This document shows positions 55,962-64,000 of a DNA stretch of 64,000 bases, one piece after another. The notes beneath the pieces are model-generated. The model was given only the letters and a program-made list of their open reading frames with translations, had not been told where the DNA came from and did no database searches. A program made the position numbers and the translations under genes. This DNA comes from Chloroflexota bacterium (GTDB taxonomy: Bacteria; Chloroflexota; Dehalococcoidia; DSTF01; RBG-16-68-14): assembly GCA_029262675.1 (NCBI GenBank), contig JAJCYW010000009.1:47198-111197 (forward strand), in the 5' to 3' direction. Positions within the stretch are counted from its first letter, which is position 1, and the number at the start of each line of letters is the position of its first letter.

Positions 55962-56612
55962 ATGCGCGTAGGTCGAGTTGATACAAGAGATGAGGAGCTG
56001 CTGAGCCCTGAGTCGACGGCCTGGCAGGAAGCCGCCGTCAATGAGGTTGTGTTGTCGCCGACACCCCTCGAGTTGCAGCCTACCGATTACATTCGCGTTT
56101 CCCGAAACGGCCGTCCGTACGGCGCGGTTTCGAGCATGAGGGTGAGCGCCCTGCACAACGGCGACAGTGTGTTCTTCCACTTGGTTTGGCAGGATGACTC
56201 TGAAGATCGGGCGATCAAGGACATCAACCAGTTCGTGGATGGCGCCGCCGTGATGTTCCCGATAGTCGAGGATGCGCCGCTCATTGGCATGGGAATCCAA
56301 GGCAAGCCAGTGAACGTATGGATGTGGCGCGCCGACTGGGAACGGCCGAAGAACGTCGCTGCGGAAGGGATGGGGACGACTCAGCGCCGGGACGACCCGG
56401 CACTTTCGTCCGCGGTGCGTCATGCCGATGGGAATTGGGATCTGATCGTTGGCAGATCGCTCGAAGAAAGAGACGCCCCTCCGGGGACGATCGCACTGGC
56501 GCCCGGAGCGGCGTCGAAGATCGGATTCGCAGTCTGGCAGGGTTCCGAACAGGAGCGAGCCGGTCTGAAGGCATTCTCTCCCGCCTGGCAAGATCTAGAG
56601 CTTGATGCGTAG
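55962..56612 (+). CDS. EbdC/DdhC-like heme-b gamma subunit (EB_dh domain), without signal peptide
   Basis: GAGGTG RBS. ...MRVSALHNGDSVFFHLVWQDDSEDRAIKDINQFVDGAAVMFP...GKPVNVWMWRADWE matches the ethylbenzene-dehydrogenase gamma-subunit fold pattern. N-terminus is hydrophilic. Confidence 0.6.
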   Translation: MRVGRVDTRDEELLSPESTAWQEAAVNEVVLSPTPLELQPTDYIRVSRNGRPYGAVSSMRVSALHNGDSVFFHLVWQDDSEDRAIKDINQFVDGAAVMFPIVEDAPLIGMGIQGKPVNVWMWRADWERPKNVAAEGMGTTQRRDDPALSSAVRHADGNWDLIVGRSLEERDAPPGTIALAPGAASKIGFAVWQGSEQERAGLKAFSPAWQDLELDA

Positions 56613-56630
56613 CGGAAAGTAGGGCTCGCC

Positions 56631-57683
56631 ATGACTGAACGACAACTCGCGTTCGTCTTCGACCTCAACAAGTGCTTGGGCTGTCAGACGTGCACTATTT
56701 CGTGCAAGACGCTTTGGACGGACCAGCCGGGCATGGAATACATGTGGTGGAACATCGTCAATACGATGCCCGGCCGGGGCACGCCGCGCGATCGGGACCA
56801 AATGGGCGGCGGTTTCGATGCTGAAGGGCGCGCGCAAGCGGGCGTGCTGCCGAGCGCAAAAGACTTCGGCGAGGCCTGGGACTTCAACTACGATGAGGTC
56901 TTTTACGAAGGGAAGGGCCAATCGGCACACCTCCACCCGCGCAGTCCAAGCGCGAACGGCAAGGACGAAGCACCAGAGTGGGGGCCGAACTGGGATGAGG
57001 ATCAGGGCGCGGGCGATTACCCGAACAGCTACTATTTCTACCTACCGACGATTTGCATGCACTGCACGGACCCGGCCTGCCTGGCCGCGTGCCCGCGTCA
57101 GGCGATCTCCAAGCGGGAGGAGGACGGCATCGTCCTCATCGACGAAGACCGCTGCGACGGATACCGATTCTGCATGGAGGCCTGTCCGTACAAGCGCATC
57201 TACTTCAACCCGGACCGTTTCATCTCACAGAAGTGTGTCATGTGCTTCGCGAGGCTGGAACAGGGCGTCGCGCCCGCCTGCGTTCGCCAGTGTCCCGGGC
57301 GCGTTCGCCACTTCGGCTATCTCGACGATGAGGAGAGCGACATCTTTAAGCTCGTCAAGACGTGGAAGGTGGCGATCCCGTTGCACCCTGAGTTCGGCAC
57401 ACAGCCGAACGTGTACTATGTGCCGCCGCTCGCCCCGCCGCGCTTCGACGAGAACGGTGAGATCGATGAAGAGAACCCTCGCATCCCCATGGACTACCTG
57501 CGCTCGCTCTTCGGCCCGGCGGTGGATCAGTCGCTCGCGACGCTCAAGCTGGAGATGGAGAAGACGCGGCAGGGAGAGAAGTCAGAGCTGACGGATATTC
57601 TCATCGCTTACAAGTGGCAGAACATGTTCATTCCGTTTGTGGAGGACCCGGGTGAATTGAGCCGCCCGGCGCCTAAGTCATGA
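56631..57683 (+). CDS. 4Fe-4S/3Fe-4S beta subunit (NarH/EbdB-like)
   Basis: Four Cys clusters: CLGCQTCTISC, CMHCTDPACLAACP, CDGYRFCMEACP, CVMCFARLEQGVAPACVRQCP. About 350 aa. Confidence 0.85.
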   Translation: MTERQLAFVFDLNKCLGCQTCTISCKTLWTDQPGMEYMWWNIVNTMPGRGTPRDRDQMGGGFDAEGRAQAGVLPSAKDFGEAWDFNYDEVFYEGKGQSAHLHPRSPSANGKDEAPEWGPNWDEDQGAGDYPNSYYFYLPTICMHCTDPACLAACPRQAISKREEDGIVLIDEDRCDGYRFCMEACPYKRIYFNPDRFISQKCVMCFARLEQGVAPACVRQCPGRVRHFGYLDDEESDIFKLVKTWKVAIPLHPEFGTQPNVYYVPPLAPPRFDENGEIDEENPRIPMDYLRSLFGPAVDQSLATLKLEMEKTRQGEKSELTDILIAYKWQNMFIPFVEDPGELSRPAPKS

Positions 57684-58357
57684 TGCAAATCGAATCGCTC
57701 GGCACGCAGGAAGGAATCGTCGCGGCCGCCCACAGCCGCCTCTATCGGCTGCTTGCGGACGGCATCTTGTTCCCGGATCGTGACGCTTTCGATGAGATCA
57801 AGGCGGGGCGCGTTCGCGACTACGTTGTGGAGACGTGCCGGGAGTTGCCGTACGCTCTGGAGCCAGCGTTCGATGGGCTGGTGGCTTCGGGTGAGTACGT
57901 GGACTTTCAGTCCGAGTTCCTCAGGGTATTCGAAGTCGGCCAAGGCATGCCGCCATGCCCGCTCTACAGCGGGATCTATAGAGGCGGGAGAAAGGCCGTG
58001 ATGGAAGAGTTGGCGCGCTTCTATTCCTACTTCGGCCTGTCGATCGAACACGGCTCAGGGGAGCTGCCAGATCACTTGGCGACCGAGCTGGAATTCATGC
58101 ACTTCCTCGCATTCAAGGAGTTGACCGCCCTTCACCAGGAGAAGGACCCGATGCCGTACCGGCGTGCCCAGGCAGATTTTCTGGAGCGTCAGCTTGTATC
58201 GTGGGTGCCTTCGCTGGAGAAGAGACTACAGGGAGCGGCACCGCCTCCGTTCTATACAGCGCTTGTTTGGCTGACCAACGCGTTGGCTCGCGAGCACCTT
58301 GCGTTGCTCAATGGATCAGTCGATCGGAATGCCACGATTTCATTGGATGCAGTGTGA
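57680..58357 (+). CDS. TorD/NarJ/EbdD-family assembly chaperone (delta)
   Basis: ATGA overlap with beta. The all-helical ~225 aa protein in the position and size of NarJ/EbdD. Identification is largely by context. Confidence 0.55.
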   Translation: MMQIESLGTQEGIVAAAHSRLYRLLADGILFPDRDAFDEIKAGRVRDYVVETCRELPYALEPAFDGLVASGEYVDFQSEFLRVFEVGQGMPPCPLYSGIYRGGRKAVMEELARFYSYFGLSIEHGSGELPDHLATELEFMHFLAFKELTALHQEKDPMPYRRAQADFLERQLVSWVPSLEKRLQGAAPPPFYTALVWLTNALAREHLALLNGSVDRNATISLDAV

Positions 58358-59481
58358 TGACCGCAGCCATCTGCGTTGTTGGGCGAAAGAACAGCGGCAA
58401 GACGACCCTCATCGAACGTCTCTTGCCAGAACTGCGGGCTCGCGGCCGAAAGGTGGCGACGCTCAAGCACGATGCGCACGACTTCGAGATCGACCTACCG
58501 GGGAAGGACACGTGGCGTCACCGCCAGGCGGGGAGCACCACCACTGTGATTTCGTCCTCTTCGAAGGTTGCCATGGTGCGATCGACCGATCGCGAGACGC
58601 CGTTGGATGAGTTGCTGCGGCTAGTAGACGACTCATGCGATCTGGTGCTCATCGAAGGGCTGCGGCGCAGCGCGTGTCCGAAGATCCTTGTTCATCGACC
58701 GGAAGTCGGTGGCCCGCCAGGCGTTCTTGGTGAGGTCTGGGCCGTCGTCGGAGACGAGACGCCGGAGACGAATCGAAGCGCCACGCGGATCGCGGCGAAC
58801 GACGTCAAGGCGCTTGCCGATCTTATCGAGGAGCGGCTCCTGGGTGGAAGCGTCCAGGCTCCTGCCTGGAACCTGCCGGCGTTGTTGGCCGAGGCAAGCC
58901 GCCATCATGGCCATATCTGCCCCGGACAGGTGCTGGGAGTGCGGATGGCGATCTTGGGATGCGAGCGGCTGGGGATCTACGAACCGAAGTCATCGAAGCG
59001 CCTCATTACATTTGTCGAGACGGATCGATGCGGGACGGACGCGGTGCAGACCGTGACGGGCTGCACGCTCGGCAAGCGGACGCTCAAGTTCGTTGACTAT
59101 GGCAAGCTTGCGGCGACGTTCCTCGATTCGGAGACAGGCCGCGCTGTGCGGATCGTCGCCAGGGAGAGCGCGCGCGACGCCGCGCTACAGTTTGCGCCGG
59201 ACGAGATAGACGCGCATGCTGCGCAGTTGAGAGCGTACAAGGCGCTGCCGGAGGACGTCCTGTTCAGCGTGCAGGACGTACGAGCTACGTTGGCTGAGAC
59301 GGAGCTACCTGGCCGGCCTCACGGTCGCGTCGTCTGCGCAGAGTGCGACGAGGGAGTCAACAACGGTCGCGAGTTGGCAGTCGCTGGAAGAACGTTGTGC
59401 CGCGCGTGCGCCGGCGTGCCGTACTACCAGGAAGCTGAAGACATCGTAACAACACAGAAGCAGAAATCGGAAGCGCCGTAA
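58357..59481 (+). CDS. MobB (molybdopterin-guanine dinucleotide biosynthesis, P-loop) fused to an FmdE/FwdE-like Zn-binding domain
   Basis: N-terminus [22 protein letters not shown] (MobB Walker A). C-terminal half ...[16 protein letters not shown]... plus CAECDE...CRAC (FmdE-like with Zn-ribbon). The ATG overlaps the upstream stop. Confidence 0.65.
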   Translation: MTAAICVVGRKNSGKTTLIERLLPELRARGRKVATLKHDAHDFEIDLPGKDTWRHRQAGSTTTVISSSSKVAMVRSTDRETPLDELLRLVDDSCDLVLIEGLRRSACPKILVHRPEVGGPPGVLGEVWAVVGDETPETNRSATRIAANDVKALADLIEERLLGGSVQAPAWNLPALLAEASRHHGHICPGQVLGVRMAILGCERLGIYEPKSSKRLITFVETDRCGTDAVQTVTGCTLGKRTLKFVDYGKLAATFLDSETGRAVRIVARESARDAALQFAPDEIDAHAAQLRAYKALPEDVLFSVQDVRATLAETELPGRPHGRVVCAECDEGVNNGRELAVAGRTLCRACAGVPYYQEAEDIVTTQKQKSEAP

Positions 59482-59498
59482 GCGAATGGAGGGACACC

Positions 59499-62330
59499 AT
59501 GGCACGGAAGAAAGCGTCAGCGAAGAAGGGAAATCGAACGGCAGATAGCTATCGCGATCGCTGGCGCTGGGACTCGGTGACCTGGGGCAGCCACTGCGTC
59601 GACTGCTATCCGAGCAACTGCCCGCACCGCGTCTTCGTGCGCGACGGCAAGATTGTGCGCGAAGAACAGTCGGGGACCTTCCCGGTCATCGAGAAGGGCG
59701 TGCCGGACATGAACCCGGCCGGCTGTCAGAAGGGCGCCATGTGGAGCCAGATGCACGACAGCGAGGATCGCATCATCTACCCGATGAAGCGGGTAGGCGA
59801 GCGAGGTTCCGGTGAATGGGAGCGCGTGTCTTGGGACGACGCGCTCACGGACATAGCCGACAAGATCATCGACGCTATCCAAGAGTACGGGTCGGAGTCC
59901 CTCGTCCGCATCGGCGAGCCGGCTGAAGGCGGCACGCAGGTGCTGGTCTGCGCCAGCATGCTGATCAACATGATTGGCGGCATCACGACTGACGTTCAGG
60001 CGGAGATCAACGACTTCAGTCCCGGTCTCTACACTACCTTCGGGAAGTTCGACCCGGCCGCGAGCGTGGACGACTGGTTCCACACGGAGCTCGTGCTGAT
60101 CTGGCACTGCAACCCGATCTACACGAACATCCCCTGGTACCACTACGTGGCGGAAGCGCGTTACAACGGTGGCGAAGTCATGCTCTTCGCGCCGGACTAC
60201 AGCCCTTCCGCGCTTCATACGGACCTGTTCGCGTCCGTGCGCCCCGGCACCGACGCGGCGCTTGCGCTCGGGATGTGCCAGGTGCTGGTCGAAGAGGGGC
60301 TCTATCACGATGACTTCGTGAAGGACCAGACGGACCTGTCTTTGCTGGTGCGAACGGACAACCAGCATTTCCTGCGCGCCAGCGATGTCGACGGCGGTCG
60401 GGACGACCAGTTCTACTGGTACGACACGGTGACGAAGAGCGTCGTCGAAGCGCCGCGAGGCACGCTCGCGCTTGGCGACGTCGATCCCGCTCTCGCCGGA
60501 GAGTTCGAGGCGACGCTCGCGGACGGCTCGAAGGTCACGGTAACGCCGGTCTTCGCGCTGCTTCGCGAAATGCTGAACCGCGACTATACGCCGGAGAAGG
60601 CCTCGGAGATCTGTGGCGTGCATCCGGACGTGATGCGGCGGGTGGCGCGCACGGCCGCGCGCAAGCGGACCCGCCTGCTCATGGGCTGGAACTCCGGCAA
60701 GTACTACCACGGCGACCTGATGGAACGGACGATGGCTCTCTTCCTCGGCCTGACCGGTAACTGGGGCCGGAAGGGGACCGGGGCCCGTTCATGGGCAGTA
60801 GGTTGGTATGAAGGTTTGTTCGCGCCGCTGGCCAAGGAAAAGCCAGGCCGCCAGGCCGCGCGCGACATGAAGAACATGATGGACCAACTGCTGGCGGCGG
60901 CTAAAGAGGCAGATCCCACCATGACCGATGAGATCGCGGTGGTGGAGGGGGAGTACGAGGCCGCTCGCATGGGTGGCATGGTCCCGGCCGTGTTCTTCTG
61001 GTACTACCACTGCGGGTTCCGGGAGCGCTGGAACAAGCCGGAGTGGAACGACCCCAGCATGAAGCGTACCTTCGACGAGTATGTCGAAGAGGGTATCGAA
61101 CGCGGCTGGTGGGAGGGGTTCCGCACGCCGGACGAAAAGACGCCGCCACAGGTGATCTTCGAGATTGGGAGCAACGTCCTGCGGCGCACACGTGGCGGCC
61201 AGGACATCCTTCTGGAGAACCTGTGGCCCGATCTGAAGCTCATCCTCACCATCGACTGGCGAGTGAGCACCACGGGGCTCATGTCGGACTACATCCTGCC
61301 GGCCGCCCATCACTACGAAAAGCTGAACTTCTGCTACCAGACGCCGCACGTCATGAATCTGACGTTCTCTGACAGGGCGGTAGACCCGCCGGGTGAGGCG
61401 AAGTCCGAGTGGCAGATCGTACTCGCACTGGCGAAGAAGCTCGGGGAACGGGGGAAGGCGCGCAACTTTGTTGAGTACCAGCATCGAGGCATGCCGATTC
61501 GCCTCGATACTCTCTACGATGCCCTGAGCAAGAACGGTGCTTACGACGATGACGAACGCTTGGTAGACGAGATGGTGAAGGACAGCGCCACCTTCGGCGT
61601 GATCCCCAAGGGGACCAATCTCAAGACGATGCGCGAGAAGGGATTCGTGCGCTTCACCGACTGGGGCCTCAGTTCCATGACCCTCGCCCAGGCTTCTGAC
61701 CTGAAGCCGGACGAGGCGCACGCGCCGTTCCGCAGACACACGGAGAAGAAGGAACCGTTCCCGACGTTGACGCGGCGCGCGCAGTTCTACATCGACCACG
61801 ACTGGTTCCTGGAGGCCGGCGAGGAGCTGCCGGTGCACAAGGAAACACCGAAGCAGGGCGGCAACTATCCACTCGTGCTCACGTCGGGCCACCCGCGGCA
61901 CAGCATCCACTCGATGAACATGACGAACAAGGTGATCCTGGCGACGCACCGTGGCCACCCCTCGATGTTCATCAGCCCAGAGGACGCGAAGGCGCGCGGC
62001 ATCAAGAACAACGAAACTGTGCGTATGCACAACGACGTGTCATCGGTCGAAATCGATACAAAGGTGTCCACGCTGGTTCGCCCGGGCCAGGTGATCGTTT
62101 ACAACGGCTGGGAGCCGTATCAGTTCGAGCAATGGAAGGGTACGGAGAACGTGGAGCCTGGGATGGTGAAGTGGCTTCACCTGGCGGGTGGCTATGGGCA
62201 TTTGCAGTATCGCAGCATCCACTGGCAGCCGGTGCCAATCGACCGGGCGATCCACGTCGACGTCGAGAAGATTAAGTCGAAGCGAAAGGCGAAGGCCGGC
62301 GCGAAACGAGTAGCCGCCAAGAGGAAGTAG
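59499..62330 (+). CDS. molybdopterin oxidoreductase alpha subunit, type II DMSO-reductase family, paralog 2; no Tat signal; Lys-rich termini
   Basis: ...WRWDSVTWGSHCVDCYPSNCPHRVFVRDGKIVREEQ...NPAGCQKGAMWSQMHD..RIIYPMKRVGERGSGEWERVSWDDAL. Colinear with 53165..55945 to the C-terminal ...GWEPYQFEQW.... 943 aa. Confidence 0.8.
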   Translation: MARKKASAKKGNRTADSYRDRWRWDSVTWGSHCVDCYPSNCPHRVFVRDGKIVREEQSGTFPVIEKGVPDMNPAGCQKGAMWSQMHDSEDRIIYPMKRVGERGSGEWERVSWDDALTDIADKIIDAIQEYGSESLVRIGEPAEGGTQVLVCASMLINMIGGITTDVQAEINDFSPGLYTTFGKFDPAASVDDWFHTELVLIWHCNPIYTNIPWYHYVAEARYNGGEVMLFAPDYSPSALHTDLFASVRPGTDAALALGMCQVLVEEGLYHDDFVKDQTDLSLLVRTDNQHFLRASDVDGGRDDQFYWYDTVTKSVVEAPRGTLALGDVDPALAGEFEATLADGSKVTVTPVFALLREMLNRDYTPEKASEICGVHPDVMRRVARTAARKRTRLLMGWNSGKYYHGDLMERTMALFLGLTGNWGRKGTGARSWAVGWYEGLFAPLAKEKPGRQAARDMKNMMDQLLAAAKEADPTMTDEIAVVEGEYEAARMGGMVPAVFFWYYHCGFRERWNKPEWNDPSMKRTFDEYVEEGIERGWWEGFRTPDEKTPPQVIFEIGSNVLRRTRGGQDILLENLWPDLKLILTIDWRVSTTGLMSDYILPAAHHYEKLNFCYQTPHVMNLTFSDRAVDPPGEAKSEWQIVLALAKKLGERGKARNFVEYQHRGMPIRLDTLYDALSKNGAYDDDERLVDEMVKDSATFGVIPKGTNLKTMREKGFVRFTDWGLSSMTLAQASDLKPDEAHAPFRRHTEKKEPFPTLTRRAQFYIDHDWFLEAGEELPVHKETPKQGGNYPLVLTSGHPRHSIHSMNMTNKVILATHRGHPSMFISPEDAKARGIKNNETVRMHNDVSSVEIDTKVSTLVRPGQVIVYNGWEPYQFEQWKGTENVEPGMVKWLHLAGGYGHLQYRSIHWQPVPIDRAIHVDVEKIKSKRKAKAGAKRVAAKRK

Positions 62331-62523
62331 GCAGCCGCGACGGGCAAGAGAATGGAAGAGAAACTACGCGGCCGGCGACGCTGGATGGTCGAGTCGCAGA
62401 TAGCACGCGAACGTACTGAATCGCCGGGTCGTGGGAACGGCGGCCCGCCGATCACCCGCCGGCGCTAGAGGTCGAACCGACGCAGCGTCCGCTCGGCGAG
62501 ACCTCAGCGCTCAAGGAGGCGCG

Positions 62524-64000
62524 ATGTCACGTGGACCGGAGCGGTCGCAGGGAATGACACCTAGTGATGCGTCGCTCCCGCTGCTGAACGAAGTCGTCAC
62601 CCGAAGAAGGTTCCTCCAGGGAGTCTCAGCGGGTGCTGCCGCGCTGTATCTGACACAGCTAGGTTGCAGCGGCGGCGCCGACGGCATTCGCCGGGTGGTC
62701 GAGCAGAATCAAGCGTTCGGGAACTGGACAGACGTCTTTCGGCAGAAGTGGTCGTGGGACAAGGTGACGTGGGGCACGCACCTGATCGATTGCTATCCCG
62801 GGAGCTGCCTCTTCCGTGTCTACACTAAGGACGGCGTCGTCTGGCGGGAAGAGCAAGCCGGCCGCTATCCGGAGATAGAGGCGGGTGTGCCGGACATGAA
62901 CCCTCGCGGGTGTCAGAAGGGCTCCTGTTTCAGCGACGTCATGTATGGCGCCGAACGCCTGCGCTACCCTCTGCGGCGCGTGGGCGAGCGGGGGAGCGGC
63001 AAATGGGAGCGTATTTCTTGGGACGAAGCGCTCACGGAAGTGGCGGACGGCATCCTGGACGGGATCGACGAGGTCGGGCCGGAGTCGATCATCTACGAGA
63101 CGGGGCCGGGCAACGGCGGCATCGTAAACGGGCCGCTGCCGGGCTGGCGCCTGAGCCGCCTGATCGGCGCGACCGTGCTCGACACCAACGGCCTGGTAGG
63201 CGACTTCAACGTCGGCCTATTTGAGACGTTCGGGAAGTTCCACTTCGTCTCCTCTGTAGATGACTGGTTCCACTCCGACCTGATCCTGACCTGGCACATG
63301 AACCCGGTCTACACGCGCATTCCTAGCGCCCACTTCATCTATGAGGCGCGCTACCACGGCACCCGCGTCGTCAACATCGCGCCGGACTACAACGCCTCAA
63401 GCGTGCACGCCGACATGTGGGTGCCTGTCGAGCCCGGGACGGACGCCGCGCTGGCGCTGGCGCTCTGCCGAATCATCATCGACGAGGGCTGGATGAATCG
63501 GGACTTCGTCGTGGAACAGACGGACCTGCCACTCCTCGTGCGGCTGGACACGAACCAGTTCCTGCGAGAAACCGATCTCCGCATCGATGACGACGGCGCG
63601 CGTGACGACCAGTTCTATGTCTGGGACGAAGCTACCGGCGGGCTGTCGCCCGCGCCACGGGACACGCTCCGGCTCGAATCGACGCCCGCGCTCGAAGGGC
63701 GGTTCGCTGTTGAACTGGGCGATGGGACGGAGGTCGAGGTGACGCCCGCGTTCGTGCTGCTACGGGCGCGCCTGCAGGAGTACACGCCTGAGCACGCCTC
63801 CTCAGTTTCGGGTGTCAAGCCCTCCATGATACGCAAGCTCGCGCAGATGGTGGGTGAAGCAAAGCGAGTGCATATCCTGCAGGGCTTCAACACCAACAAG
63901 TACTACCACGGCGATCTAATCGAACGGGCACAGGCCCTGCTGCTGGCCTTGACGGGTAACTTCGGCCGGAAAGGCACGGGGATGCGCGGTTTCAATACCG
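62524..64000 (+). CDS. molybdopterin oxidoreductase alpha subunit, paralog 3, WITH twin-arginine (Tat) signal; 3' end outside the window
   Basis: ATG 62524 with an AAGGAGG RBS. N-terminus MSRGPERSQGMTPSDASLPLLNEVVTRRRFLQGVSAGAAALYLTQLGCSG has the Tat motif RRRFLQG. It continues ...WSWDKVTWGTHLIDCYPGSCLFRVYTKDGVVWREEQ... colinear with paralogs 1 and 2. Open to the window end. Confidence 0.75.
   Translation, partial: MSRGPERSQGMTPSDASLPLLNEVVTRRRFLQGVSAGAAALYLTQLGCSGGADGIRRVVEQNQAFGNWTDVFRQKWSWDKVTWGTHLIDCYPGSCLFRVYTKDGVVWREEQAGRYPEIEAGVPDMNPRGCQKGSCFSDVMYGAERLRYPLRRVGERGSGKWERISWDEALTEVADGILDGIDEVGPESIIYETGPGNGGIVNGPLPGWRLSRLIGATVLDTNGLVGDFNVGLFETFGKFHFVSSVDDWFHSDLILTWHMNPVYTRIPSAHFIYEARYHGTRVVNIAPDYNASSVHADMWVPVEPGTDAALALALCRIIIDEGWMNRDFVVEQTDLPLLVRLDTNQFLRETDLRIDDDGARDDQFYVWDEATGGLSPAPRDTLRLESTPALEGRFAVELGDGTEVEVTPAFVLLRARLQEYTPEHASSVSGVKPSMIRKLAQMVGEAKRVHILQGFNTNKYYHGDLIERAQALLLALTGNFGRKGTGMRGFNT

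Noticed and set aside
59517-62030. Two ~400-aa minus-strand ORFs antisense to alpha paralog 2
   Set aside because: Shadow ORFs of a GC-rich gene. The sense strand encodes a colinear NarG-like protein.
53165-62330. Alpha subunits as selenocysteine-containing formate dehydrogenases
   Set aside because: Both long ORFs are uninterrupted (no in-frame TGA). Their N-terminal FS0/Cys motifs and partner genes (EB_dh gamma, NarH-like beta, TorD-like) point to type II DMSO-reductase-family enzymes rather than FdhA.
1-64000. CRISPR arrays, rRNA genes, IS elements/integrases, prophage genes
   Set aside because: No short regularly spaced direct repeats with unique spacers. No rRNA-like conserved blocks. 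No transposase or integrase motifs (DDE, Tyr-recombinase R..H..R..Y) seen in any ORF.

Overview
High-GC (~65%) bacterial window, probably from a monoderm lineage (Actinomycetota or Chloroflexota): it has an LPXTG sortase signal, a mycofactocin-type SDR and DUF2804. There are no rRNA genes, CRISPR arrays, integrases or transposases. Three regions stand out.

(1) 48.9-64.0 kb is a tightly coupled plus-strand operon for a type II DMSO-reductase-family (NarG/EbdA/steroid-C25-dehydrogenase-like) molybdoenzyme. It carries three paralogous alpha subunits, of which only the third has a Tat signal. Alongside sit an EbdC-like heme-b gamma with no signal peptide, a NarH-like FeS beta, a TorD/NarJ-like chaperone and a MobB-FmdE fusion. 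Upstream are two tandem 'CrtI-like flavoprotein + SCP2 lipid-binding' modules.

(2) 37-48 kb holds a lipid/steroid-catabolism-like gene set: an SCP-x-type thiolase, a nitroreductase-like gene, CoA-transferase A/B, an acyl-CoA dehydrogenase, a GMC oxidoreductase and two cupredoxin proteins (one cupredoxin-12xNHL-LPXTG).

(3) 14.6-32.3 kb is a plus-strand, translationally coupled cluster. It mixes alpha-glucan enzymes (GH13, GT5 glycogen-synthase-like, APH-like kinase, GH57-like) with three large FG-GAP beta-propeller surface proteins carrying dockerin-like/TSP3 Ca-binding modules, an ABC exporter and a sulfotransferase.

Other oddities: a CopG/DUF411-like lipoprotein gene with an in-frame TGA exactly at the first Cys of its CxCC motif (selenoprotein candidate or pseudogene); a 3-copy intergenic repeat family whose best copy ends in a tRNA-like T-arm/acceptor/CCA; a frameshifted PPC+dockerin gene; and a COX3 C-terminal remnant. 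All functional calls are from motif recognition by eye; no searches were run.
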